Shown: positions 10,004 to 18,736, counted from the stretch's first letter. The stretch is DNA of 64,000 bases from an uncultured Desulfospira sp. (GCA_963663165.1 OY760175.1:544001-608000); one strand, 5' to 3'. The notes: generated by a model from the letters alone, not told the origin. Made by a program: numbers and translations.

Positions 10004-10176
10004 AAAGAAAAGATCTGATTAGAGATCTTGAACGTATGGGGTGTACCTTTATCCGGCATGGTGGAAAGCATGACTGGTATCAAAATCCTTCTACAAAAGC
10101 CTGTCAACCTGTTCCAAGACATCGTGAAATTAACGAGCTTTTAGCGAAAAATATCCTTAAAAAATTAAGCAAATAA
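10000..10176 (+). CDS. hicA: HicA-family toxin (58 aa, not in the ORF track)
   Basis: Hand translation MKRKDLIRDLERMGCTFIRHGGKHDWYQNPSTKACQPVPRHREINELLAKNILKKLSK*; ATGA overlap with hicB. Confidence 0.9.
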   Translation: MKRKDLIRDLERMGCTFIRHGGKHDWYQNPSTKACQPVPRHREINELLAKNILKKLSK

Positions 10177-10206
10177 GAATCCTTCACCGCTTAATAGAGG
10201 TGATAA

Positions 10207-10293
10207 ATGATGATACGCGAAATTATAAGTCTGAAAACAAATCAAATAACAATTAACATACCCGCCAATATGGTAAATCAAGAGCTTGAATAA
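10207..10293 (+). pseudogene. Truncated copy of the 12901-13164 antitoxin-like gene
   Basis: 10195-10290 nearly identical to 12889-12984; MMIREIISLKTNQITINIPANMVNQELE*. Confidence 0.7.
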
Positions 10294-10420
10294 CCCATGT
10301 GTAATTGGTAAGTGAAAGGACCATACGTAAATAATGGGGGATCATCTATATCATCCCAAGACAAAGAAAAAACATCTGTCTCAAAAAATATAATCAAAAA
10401 ATTACTATGGAGATAGCCAT

Positions 10421-10501
10421 CTTGAAAAAGGTGAAACCAGAATTTATGCCGTCATTGACTGTAGAAAGAATCCCGCTTGGATAAGAGAAAGATTGCAATA
10501 A
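10421..10501 (+). pseudogene. ParE/RelE-type toxin C-terminal remnant
   Basis: LEKGETRIYAVIDCRKNPAWIRERLQ*. Confidence 0.6.
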
Positions 10502-10569
10502 GAATGATGGTCTTCTGGTCACTTGTGTGGTCTCTTGCAGGAAAGTGAGGTTATACGTCAGGAACTGTG

Positions 10570-10712
10570 ACCATATTTGTTCGCAATGCCGGCAAAAAGG
10601 GGCTCTTCGAAGAAATGATAGCCCAGATTGATCAACCTGGAACTTAGCATAGTTCAAAAAATAGCCAACAATGAAAAGGTTGATATCCCGATACATCTAC
10701 TGGAGCCGAAAG
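10570..10712 (+). pseudogene. Divergent, frameshifted Rpn C-terminal remnant
   Basis: TIFVRNAGKKGLFEEMIAQI / NLELSIVQKIANNEKVDIPIHLLEPK aligns to the Rpn tail. Confidence 0.7.
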
Positions 10713-10822
10713 GGTGGTTTACAGACTCGTCGACCAACAAGTGATTGTCTATGTTCTCGCCGTCGGCCCTCGAAGAGACAAAGAAATCTACAAAACCGCA
10801 TCAGAAAGAATCTAAACCGCAA
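10712..10822 (+). pseudogene. Duplicated 3' end of relE (about 9060-9171)
   Basis: Near-identical nucleotide copy ending GAAAGAATCTAAACCGCAA. Confidence 0.85.
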
Positions 10823-10853
10823 ATGACAGGGTTGAAAAGATGGGTCCACAAAA

Positions 10854-11660
10854 TTGAGTTATAAAGATACTTATTACAATTTGGTCACTCATGAGAATAC
10901 AGAAGGGATCAAAAAAATTATCAAAAATGCAGGTTATTACGATTCGGAGACCATTAATAAAATTCAGTATAATGAACTGTACGGCCTACCTCATTTATTT
11001 GTAATTGTTGATTCTGATGATTATACCCATGGCCGTTATGCTTTGCTTGATGGTATTTTTGTAGAAATCGATTCGATTATCCCTCAATGGCATGGGAAGT
11101 TTTATCTTGGGATAATGATACTCAGAAAGCCCAAGAACGAAAAAATCAAACAATTTATCGATCCTGATAAAGATGTTAAACATGAGTTGCATCATTTGCA
11201 TCTTTTGATACAGCACATTGACACTCACACTGATTATATCGAAAGTTCAATGAAATACAACGCAGGATATTGTGAAACCCAAGACCTGGATAAAAGTATC
11301 GAATTCGAAATAAACAAAATTTTTTCATTGGAAGTCCCAGCCCTGATTTCAGATTTCAATATGGGAGAACAGGACTTATTATCTTATGAAAATGGAATTG
11401 TTACAAAAATAACCGTCGACAATGAAAATGAATTTTTACGATACAAAGTGGGGGGATATTTAACTGCATTAAGCAGCTGTTATGCTAAGAGGTTCCCCAA
11501 AAAAGAGAATCAAATCAAACATACAATTGAAATGGAAGTCAACAAACAAGGAGAATTTCTTTTCGGCACTAACTGTATGGTATTATTGTTAAGATCTCAG
11601 ATAGAATGTTTTTTTCTATTAAAGATTAAAGGCACCTGTTATGAGGTTGGGAATGTTTAA
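10854..11660 (+). CDS. Hypothetical protein with an HExxH motif
   Basis: 268-aa AT-rich ORF with KHELHHL; ends 3 nt before the Rpn gene; start uncertain. Confidence 0.65.
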   Translation: MSYKDTYYNLVTHENTEGIKKIIKNAGYYDSETINKIQYNELYGLPHLFVIVDSDDYTHGRYALLDGIFVEIDSIIPQWHGKFYLGIMILRKPKNEKIKQFIDPDKDVKHELHHLHLLIQHIDTHTDYIESSMKYNAGYCETQDLDKSIEFEINKIFSLEVPALISDFNMGEQDLLSYENGIVTKITVDNENEFLRYKVGGYLTALSSCYAKRFPKKENQIKHTIEMEVNKQGEFLFGTNCMVLLLRSQIECFFLLKIKGTCYEVGNV

Positions 11661-11663
11661 CAA

Positions 11664-12674
11664 ATGATAACCCACGACGGTAACTTTAAAAATTTATTTC
11701 AAGATTTTCCCAAAGAAACACTCCGGTGGCTGCTCCCCAGTGCGGAACAAAACTGGGGCAAAATTATTGCCATTGATTTCACACGTCAGGAGCCTAAAAA
11801 ACACCACCTCTCAGATGCGGGGCTGGTACTGGACCTTCCGATACTGTTCCATTTTGAAAATCAACAATTGCTATTGTGGCTGGTGGAGTTCCAGGAAGAC
11901 AAATCAAAATTTTCCATATACAAACTGCTCCGGTACACCACCGACATGATGGAGGCCCATCCTGATGCATTGGTAGTTCCGACCGTGTTGTTCACCGATA
12001 GAAAAAAATGGCATAAATCTGTACTCACTGAACTTCACGCACAAATCAACGACCGCTTGTTTCTTCACTTTGAATATGTGTTTCATAAGCTGTTTGACTT
12101 GAATGCAAGGGATTATTACAATGTGGATAATCCGGTGGTAAAAATTCTTTTGCCTAAGATGAACTATAAAAAGGAAGAGCGAATTGAGGTTATCCACCAG
12201 GCATACAAAGGGCTTTTTCAATTGGCCACCAGGGGGCTTTTTGATAAATATGTGGATTTTATTGATGTGTATTCAGAAATAAGCGACCAAGAGCAGCAAC
12301 AACTTTATGAAACCATCATTCAAAATAAGGAAACGGCTATGTTATCACAATATATAAAAGAAAAAGGACGCCAGGAAGGTCGCCAGGAAGGACGCCAGGA
12401 AGGTCGCCAGGAAGGACGTCAGGAAGGACGCCAGGAAGGACGCCAGGAAGGACGCCAGGAAGGACGCCAGGAAGGACGCCAGGAAGGACGCCAGGAAGGA
12501 CGCCAGGAAGCAGGGTATGGATTATACTTTAACATTATTCATACCATGAAAAAAAACAACCTTCCGGATGACGAGATTGCAAGACTGACAAACCTGGATA
12601 TCGAAATTATTAAAAAGATAATAGACGGAGAGGTGGTGGATATTCCGCTGCATCTGCTGGAACCGAACAGGTAG
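11664..12674 (+). CDS. Rpn/YhgA-like PD-(D/E)XK nuclease (putative anti-phage)
   Basis: HDGNFKNLF, VEFQ, LLRY, VVPTVLF and (RQEG)n C-terminal repeat; internal SD-ATG at 12339. Confidence 0.82.
   Translation: MITHDGNFKNLFQDFPKETLRWLLPSAEQNWGKIIAIDFTRQEPKKHHLSDAGLVLDLPILFHFENQQLLLWLVEFQEDKSKFSIYKLLRYTTDMMEAHPDALVVPTVLFTDRKKWHKSVLTELHAQINDRLFLHFEYVFHKLFDLNARDYYNVDNPVVKILLPKMNYKKEERIEVIHQAYKGLFQLATRGLFDKYVDFIDVYSEISDQEQQQLYETIIQNKETAMLSQYIKEKGRQEGRQEGRQEGRQEGRQEGRQEGRQEGRQEGRQEGRQEGRQEGRQEAGYGLYFNIIHTMKKNNLPDDEIARLTNLDIEIIKKIIDGEVVDIPLHLLEPNR
12369..12512 (+). repeat. 12 x 12-bp coding tandem repeat (RQEG)
   Basis: CGCCAGGAAGGA units; 5 units at 9319-9378. Confidence 0.95.
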
Positions 12675-12769
12675 GGGGCAGGATTGCCCTTCTAAATTCA
12701 AAACCCTTTGCGCCTTAGCGCCTTTGTGTGAGAATATATCAAACAGCCTTCAGCCGTTGATTGAAGCTT
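12675..12769 (+). repeat. R-box copy 2
   Basis: Directly follows the Rpn stop codon, as in copy 1. Confidence 0.88.
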
Positions 12770-12900
12770 CGCTGTGCCCGGCAGCTCAAGCCTTTTCATA
12801 ATATCTGATACAGTAATACAACCAAAAGCCTCATTGAAACAGAAAACAATTTGAGCTATAGTTATTGACAACATGGGAATACACTTCATAGAGGTGATAA

Positions 12901-13164
12901 ATACTGATACGCGAAATTATAAGTCCGAAAACTAATCAAATAACAATTAACATACCCGCCAATATGGTAAATCAAGAGCTTGAATTATTGGTTTTCCGAG
13001 TCGGAAAAAAACAGGCGGAGAAAGAAAAGACTAAATTATTAATGGAAAAGGCCTTTAATGAAGACGGTCCATCAACACAGGCATTTTTAGGGACGCTTCC
13101 AGGCGTAGGCAAGACAGTTGGAGATCTTTTAGAACCATTTGATGATAAATGGGAATGCGATTAA
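12901..13164 (+). CDS. Putative antitoxin; start codon appears mutated
   Basis: ATACTG here versus ATGATG in the paralogous copy at 10207, both after GAGGTG; precedes a PIN fragment. Confidence 0.45.
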   Translation: MLIREIISPKTNQITINIPANMVNQELELLVFRVGKKQAEKEKTKLLMEKAFNEDGPSTQAFLGTLPGVGKTVGDLLEPFDDKWECD

Positions 13165-13167
13165 TCC

Positions 13168-13350
13168 ATGATTTTAATGGATACACATACCTGGTGGTGG
13201 GTATTAAGCGAACCTGAAAATCTTTCAGAACTGGCTCGAAAACAGATTGAAGAAACCCCTTTTGGCCAACGGTGTGTTGCATCAATTTCTCTGTGGGAAT
13301 TTGCTATGATGGCCTGCCGGGGCCGGATTATATGCCAAACAATGGGGTAA
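13168..13350 (+). pseudogene. PIN toxin N-terminal half
   Basis: MILMDTHTWWW..VASISLWEFAM, stops at 60 aa. Confidence 0.75.
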
Positions 13351-13355
13351 GCATT

Positions 13356-13649
13356 ATGGAAGCAATAGAATTCAACACCATAATTAAGAATGGAATGATA
13401 CATGTTCCAGATAAACTTAACTATCCAACGGATACGTCAGTTAAGGTGATAATAGTAAGAGAGAGAAAAGCGGATAAACCAACAGAAGGTTTTAGAAAAA
13501 CGGATGGGCCATCAAGAATTAATTTTGGTGTGCTGAAAGGCCGGGTTGCAATTTCCGATGATTTCAATGACCCGATGCCGGATAATATTCTTTCCAATTT
13601 CAGTGTCCCATGGTGTGGCGGTACATCAGCTGCCCTTGCATCATCGTGA
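13356..13649 (+). CDS. Chimeric antitoxin-like ORF
   Basis: MEAIEFNTIIKNGMIHVP N-terminus fused to RINFGVLKGRVAISDDFNDPMP, a C-terminus typical of PIN-associated antitoxins. Confidence 0.5.
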   Translation: MEAIEFNTIIKNGMIHVPDKLNYPTDTSVKVIIVRERKADKPTEGFRKTDGPSRINFGVLKGRVAISDDFNDPMPDNILSNFSVPWCGGTSAALASS

Positions 13650-13755
13650 TCCATTTGATCGGATGCTGATAGCCCAAGCCGTTTCTGAATCTCTCTCATT
13701 TTTAACGGCAGACCATGTTCTTGGTCAATATTCCGACTTGGTGATTCAGGTATAA
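13600..13755 (+). pseudogene. PIN toxin C-terminal half
   Basis: LPLHHRDPFDRMLIAQAVSESLSFLTAD. Confidence 0.78.
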
Positions 13756-13760
13756 CCCCG

Positions 13761-13788
13761 GTAGGCTGGGCACGCGGTTTGTGCCCAC
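13761..13788 (+). repeat. GTAG-REP (first family)
   Basis: GTAGGCTGGGCACGCGGTTTGTGCCCAC. Confidence 0.75.
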
Positions 13789-13976
13789 TATTCGTCAACG
13801 AAATCAAGCCCATCCGGATTTAAAACCCTTAGTGACTTAGCGTGAGAACATAAAAAAACGGCTTTCAGCCGTCTGGTTAAGCCTCCATCACGCAGAGGTC
13901 GCACCACCCTCTCTGTGATAATAAAAAATATCGGAAGGGCAAAGCTTTCAAGTAAAACCCAAAAGGTAAGTTTGTA

Positions 13977-14276
13977 ATGTTGACAAAAGAAACCATAATA
14001 GATTTCATAAGAAAAAACCGGGATCATATTGGTTCTAATTACCGGATTTCCAAAATCGGCCTGATCGGGTCTTATGCCAGAGGCGACCAAAGTGAGGACA
14101 GTGATATAGATTTGTTAGTTGAATTTGAACCGGGCACTGAGGATCTTTTTCAGTTGAAATTTGAACTTAAACAATATTTTAAAAAACATTTCAACCGGGA
14201 TATAGACGTTTGCAGAGAAAAATATATTAAGCCATATATCAAAGAACACATTTTAAAAGAGGCCTTTTATGCCTGA
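13977..14276 (+). CDS. MNT nucleotidyltransferase antitoxin
   Basis: IGSYARGDQSEDSDIDLLVEF. Confidence 0.9.
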   Translation: MLTKETIIDFIRKNRDHIGSNYRISKIGLIGSYARGDQSEDSDIDLLVEFEPGTEDLFQLKFELKQYFKKHFNRDIDVCREKYIKPYIKEHILKEAFYA

Positions 14277-14610
14277 CACGGACAGGCTGAATATTCTATC
14301 CATTCAAGACTCAATAGAGAAAATTTTGGTTTACACGAAATCCTATTCAAGTGCTGACGAGTTATACCAAAACCAAAGAGACTTTGATGCAGTTTTAATG
14401 AATTTTATTGTTATCGGTGAGATGGTTTCAAGACTGAGCGAAAGATTCATTGAAGAGAATACACAGACAGATTGGTTCAAAATTAAAGGTTTCAGAAATA
14501 TTGTTGCCCATAATTATTTTGGAATTGATGCTGAAGAGGTTTGGCAGATCATTAAAACTCATATTCCTATATTACAAGCTGATGTTAAAAATATTTTGAA
14601 AAGCTTATGA
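14269..14610 (+). CDS. HEPN/DUF86 toxin
   Basis: DAVLMNFIVIGE, WFKIKGFRNIVAHNYFGID (RX4HXY). Confidence 0.9.
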   Translation: MPDTDRLNILSIQDSIEKILVYTKSYSSADELYQNQRDFDAVLMNFIVIGEMVSRLSERFIEENTQTDWFKIKGFRNIVAHNYFGIDAEEVWQIIKTHIPILQADVKNILKSL

Positions 14611-14615
14611 TAAGA

Positions 14616-14750
14616 GGGGCAGGGCCACGTTTCTAAATTCAAAACCCTTTGCGCCCTTGCGCCTTTGTGTGAGAACATAAAAAACGGCTTTCAGCCGTTG
14701 ATTGCGGCTTAGCCGCTCTGTGTCCCTCCAAACCCTCTGTGGTTTAAAAA
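14616..14750 (+). repeat. R-box copy 4 plus leader shared with 16357-16489
   Basis: Near-identical to 16357-16489 up to the ATG of the YdcF paralogues. Confidence 0.88.
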
Positions 14751-15299
14751 ATGAACCGATTCAAAATTACAGCCATTTTAATATGCTACCGCTATTTAAA
14801 TTTCAGCGAAGCCCCTGAAAAATCAGATGTTGTTGTTCTCTTTGTAGGCCCGGATCAAGACCAAAGACTGAAAGAGGCGCATCAACTCAAGTATGAAGGG
14901 TATGCCGATACCCTGATCATACCGGCTTACCAGCAGGTGTTTGTTATGTCGGAAGGCCAGATTGTTAAAGCACCTGGTTCCAGGCTAAGGCCGTTTCCCT
15001 TAAATGCATATCCTGATTATTATGAAAATACCCATGTTGAGGCTCTTCTGGCCGGAAAAATGACGGAAGAACTGGGATTCCGGTTTGCCATTATGGTCAG
15101 TGCCCCTTACCACATGAGAAGAATCAAAATCATCTCTTCACGGGTTTTTGATCCGGAAAAGTTCCAGATTCAATACATCGGAAGCCGGTATCTCCAGCCG
15201 GGAAGTCTGGTATCTGTTTTTACGCCGAAGAACTTGAAGTTGACCATCGTCGAAGCAGCGAAGATCGTTTCGTTCCTTGCTTATAAGAATGTTGTTTAA
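14751..15299 (+). CDS. YdcF/DUF218 protein, copy lacking most of the N-terminal hydrophobic segment
   Basis: ENTHVEA, VSAPYHMRR; two in-frame deletions relative to the 16490 copy. Confidence 0.7.
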   Translation: MNRFKITAILICYRYLNFSEAPEKSDVVVLFVGPDQDQRLKEAHQLKYEGYADTLIIPAYQQVFVMSEGQIVKAPGSRLRPFPLNAYPDYYENTHVEALLAGKMTEELGFRFAIMVSAPYHMRRIKIISSRVFDPEKFQIQYIGSRYLQPGSLVSVFTPKNLKLTIVEAAKIVSFLAYKNVV

Positions 15300-15626
15300 A
15301 TAAATCATTTGCAATTCTATTATAAAAAACAGTGACTGCTGATGAATTCTTAAATGGTACTTTTCAGCATCAAAAAAGTGGAATTAAAGGCTAAAAACAG
15401 TTTGGAAACGAGCATTTTATCCAAAATCTCAATGGATTGGCGTGGCCCGACCCCAAAAGAACAGGTCTCATCACCATATCTGACACAGCAATACAACCAA
15501 AAGCCTCATTGAAACAGAAAATAATTTGGGCTATATTTATCGACAACATGGGAATACACTTCATTATTTATCTCTCAAGAAATGAAAGGGATAAAACAAA
15601 CCCAAAAATAGAGGAGGGGCGATATT

Positions 15627-15935
15627 ATGCTTAATTTACAATTAAATATTCAAGCTGATACGGCCCATCGGCTAAAAAAAATCCTTTCGACTCTTCAAGA
15701 TCAGGAAGCTTTTGCCCAAAATATTATTGACTATCAAGTTAGTGAGTTGAGAAAAGGGCTGCTTAATCTTCGGCTCGATTTAAAGCAGTTTGAGGAGACT
15801 TATCAAATCACGTCCCAGGAATTTTATAGCAGATTTGAAGCCGGCGGTTATGACGATCAAGAAGATTATATGGTTTGGGCCGGGCTTTATGAAATGTTCT
15901 GCGATGATGAAAAAAGACTTCAGGAACTCACGTGA
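15627..15935 (+). CDS. Putative antitoxin (partner of DUF6516-like toxin)
   Basis: LKQFEETYQITSQEFYSRFEAG..DYMVWAGLY; GTGA overlap with the next gene. Confidence 0.65.
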   Translation: MLNLQLNIQADTAHRLKKILSTLQDQEAFAQNIIDYQVSELRKGLLNLRLDLKQFEETYQITSQEFYSRFEAGGYDDQEDYMVWAGLYEMFCDDEKRLQELT

Positions 15936-16303
15936 TTGAGAATTATTTTTCAAGATTGGAAAATTTGCTGCTCCAGTTCCCGAATATTCAATCACATACA
16001 ATAAAGAAACGAATTTACAACATACGGCAAGGGTACATTCAGGGCTCAATTATTTTCGAAAATGGATACCGGTTAGATTTTGTCAAAGTAAAACAGACTG
16101 ACAGGCATTCGAAGATTAAATATCGTTATCAGTATATGAACTCGGGGAACCAGCTTATTTTTAGATATGATAATGCTCCCCATCATTCCGATTTGTCAAC
16201 TTTCCCTCACCATAAACACGTTGGTGAAGAAGCGATTAAAAGCAATGAGCCTTCGTTGGAGGATGTATTGCTTGAAATTGCACACCTGCAAAGAGCGGGA
16301 TAA
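15932..16303 (+). CDS. DUF6516/TumE-like putative toxin
   Basis: KYRYQYM..LIFRYDNAPHH..TFPHHKH. Confidence 0.78.
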   Translation: MIENYFSRLENLLLQFPNIQSHTIKKRIYNIRQGYIQGSIIFENGYRLDFVKVKQTDRHSKIKYRYQYMNSGNQLIFRYDNAPHHSDLSTFPHHKHVGEEAIKSNEPSLEDVLLEIAHLQRAG

Positions 16304-16330
16304 ACCAAACATAGCAGCGATAGCATCTAA

Positions 16331-16450
16331 CATCTACTGGAGTCGAACCGGCAAAGGAGCAGGGACACGGTTCTAAATTCCAAACCCTTTGTGCCTTAGC
16401 GCCTTTGCGTGAGAACATAAAAAACGGCTTTCAGCCGTTGATTGCGGCTT
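16331..16450 (+). repeat. Rpn tail remnant (HLLESNR) followed by R-box copy 5
   Basis: CATCTACTGGAGTCGAACCGG, then GGAGCAGGG..TTCTAAATTCCAAACCCTTTG. Confidence 0.75.
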
Positions 16451-16489
16451 AGCCGCTCTGTGCCCCTCCAACCCTCTGTGGTTTAAAAA

Positions 16490-17071
16490 ATGAAACGATT
16501 CAAAATTACAGCCATTTCAATTACCATTTTAATATGCTGCCTGGCCGGATATGCCCTGACATACCGCTATTTAAATTTCAGCGAAGCCCCTGAAAAATCA
16601 GATGCCATTGTTCTCTTTGTAGGTCCGGATCAGGAGCAAAGACTGAAAGAAGCGCATCAACTCATGTATGAAGGGTATGCCGACACCCTGATTATACCGG
16701 CTTACCAGCAGGTGTTTGTTATGTCGGAAGGGCAGATCATTAAAACCCGGGTCTCCGGATTAAAGCCGTTTGCTCCAAAGACCTATCCGGATTATTATGA
16801 AAACACCCATATTGAGATCCTTGAAGCCGGGAAAATAATGGAACAACTAGGATTCCAGTCTGTCATCCTGGTTAGCGCTCCCTATCACATGCGAAGAATC
16901 AAGATCATTTCTTCTCAGGTTTTTGACCCAAAAAGGTTCCAGATCCGATGCATCGGGAGCCGGTATCTCCGATCGGAAAGCCTTCTGTCCGCATATGGCC
17001 TTGATAATTTGAAATTTGCTGTCACAGAGGCAGCGAAGATTCTCTCTTTTATAGCCTATGAGACTGTTTGA
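16490..17071 (+). CDS. YdcF/DUF218 membrane-anchored protein
   Basis: N-terminal TM segment, ENTHIE, LVSAPYHMRRI. Confidence 0.82.
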   Translation: MKRFKITAISITILICCLAGYALTYRYLNFSEAPEKSDAIVLFVGPDQEQRLKEAHQLMYEGYADTLIIPAYQQVFVMSEGQIIKTRVSGLKPFAPKTYPDYYENTHIEILEAGKIMEQLGFQSVILVSAPYHMRRIKIISSQVFDPKRFQIRCIGSRYLRSESLLSAYGLDNLKFAVTEAAKILSFIAYETV

Positions 17072-17293
17072 AACGAAATAAAAAACGGTGGACGCTGATA
17101 AGCTCTTAAACTGTTTCTTTTGATGTTAAAAAGGTGGGGTTAAGGACTAAAAACGGCATGAAATCAGGCCTTTTCATCGAAATTTCAATGAATTAGCGCG
17201 GCCCGATCCCTAAAATCCCTAAGATAACCCTAAAACTAAAAACTAAACCAATAAAAAATCAAACTGGATTACTATACAGCAGGAGTTGATGCG

Positions 17294-18706
17294 ATGATTA
17301 TGCCTGTAATACTGGCCGGGGGGGCAGGTACCAGACTTTGGCCTCTTTCAAGGGAACTTTTTCCCAAGCAGTTGATTGATCTGTATAATGAAAATACAAT
17401 GCTCCAGAATACCATGTTAAGGGTTGAGAAACTTGATGACGTTGCTCAACCCATAGTTGTATGCAATGAAGAACACCGGTTTATGACGGCAGAGCAACTT
17501 AGGGTGATCGGGGTGAACGCTGATGAAATCATACTTGAACCGATTGGAAAAAACACCGCGCCTGCCATTGCGGTGGCCGCCCTGAAAGCCATAAAGAGGG
17601 ATGACGATCCTGTACTTCTTGTGCTGCCGGCTGATCATGTTGTTGAAAAGGTGGATGATTTTTATCAGGCTGTTCAATCTGGACTTGAATATGCGGAACA
17701 AGGTGACCTGATCACTTTTGGTATTGTTCCAAATTCACCGGAGACTGGTTATGGGTACATTAAAAAAGGACACATCCTGTCAGAAAAAACAGGTATCGCA
17801 AAAATAGAGAAGTTTGTTGAAAAACCCGATGCGGATACGGCCGTGAAATATGTCGAATCAGGGCTTTTCTGCTGGAATTCCGGCATGTTTATGTTTAAGG
17901 CCTCATCAATTATTCAGGAACTTGAAATTCATACCCCTGAAATTCTAAGACTTTGCCGGGAAGTGGTTGAAGAAGGGACAAAGGATCTTGATTTTTTTCG
18001 TCTGGGGCCTGAAAAGTTTGCTGAAGTTCCTTCAGATTCCATTGATTACGCAGTGATGGAAAAAACCTTAAAAGGAGTAATGATTCCCTTGGATGTGGGC
18101 TGGAACGATCTTGGTTCATTTGACGCGCTCTGGCAAACCGGAGAAAAAGACGAAAATCTTAATGTATTCAGGGGGGATGTTCTGGCTCAGGATGTTAAAG
18201 AATCCTTTATTAACTCTGAATCCAGGCTTGTGGCTGCGGTAGGTGTCGAGAAATTTGTTATTGTCGAAACCAAAGATGCCGTTCTGGTTTCCCCCAGAGA
18301 AAGGGTCCAGGAGGTGAAAAAAATAGTTGCCCGGCTTAAGGCGAAAGCCCGCAGTGAATCCGTCTCTCACAGCAAAGTTTACCGCCCTTGGGGGAATTAT
18401 GAAACCATTGATATGGCACCTCGCTATCAGGTTAAAAGAATAACGGTTAAACCCGGTGCCAAGCTGTCTTTGCAAAAGCATTATCACCGGGCGGAACATT
18501 GGACTGTTGTTGCAGGTTCAGCCATTGTAACCAAAGGAGAAGAAGAAATTTTACTGAAAGAAGATGAGTCCATATATATACCTTTAGGAACAATGCATAG
18601 ACTTGAAAATCCCGGAAAGATTCCCCTTGACCTGATCGAAGTGCAGTCCGGCTCTTATCTTGGCGAGGATGATATCGTACGTTTTGAGGATGTTTACGGG
18701 AGATAA
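17294..18706 (+). CDS. manC: Mannose-1-phosphate guanylyltransferase / mannose-6-phosphate isomerase
   Basis: PVILAGGAGTRLWPLSR, FVEKPD, SIDYAVME, cupin RPWG..SLQKHYHRAEHW. Confidence 0.96.
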   Translation: MIMPVILAGGAGTRLWPLSRELFPKQLIDLYNENTMLQNTMLRVEKLDDVAQPIVVCNEEHRFMTAEQLRVIGVNADEIILEPIGKNTAPAIAVAALKAIKRDDDPVLLVLPADHVVEKVDDFYQAVQSGLEYAEQGDLITFGIVPNSPETGYGYIKKGHILSEKTGIAKIEKFVEKPDADTAVKYVESGLFCWNSGMFMFKASSIIQELEIHTPEILRLCREVVEEGTKDLDFFRLGPEKFAEVPSDSIDYAVMEKTLKGVMIPLDVGWNDLGSFDALWQTGEKDENLNVFRGDVLAQDVKESFINSESRLVAAVGVEKFVIVETKDAVLVSPRERVQEVKKIVARLKAKARSESVSHSKVYRPWGNYETIDMAPRYQVKRITVKPGAKLSLQKHYHRAEHWTVVAGSAIVTKGEEEILLKEDESIYIPLGTMHRLENPGKIPLDLIEVQSGSYLGEDDIVRFEDVYGR

Positions 18707-18736
18707 TTGTTTCGAACAATCTATTTGAGGACAAAA

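Noticed and set aside
12369..12512. CRISPR-like array
   Set aside because: Contiguous 12-bp coding repeat (RQEG) with no spacers and no cas genes
6679..17212. Classical integron or CALIN
   Set aside because: No tyrosine integrase in the window. The TAAC..GTTA elements have 8-bp TSDs (MITEs), and the recurring spacers lack RYYYAAC/GTTRRRY boxes by eye. IntegronFinder was not run.
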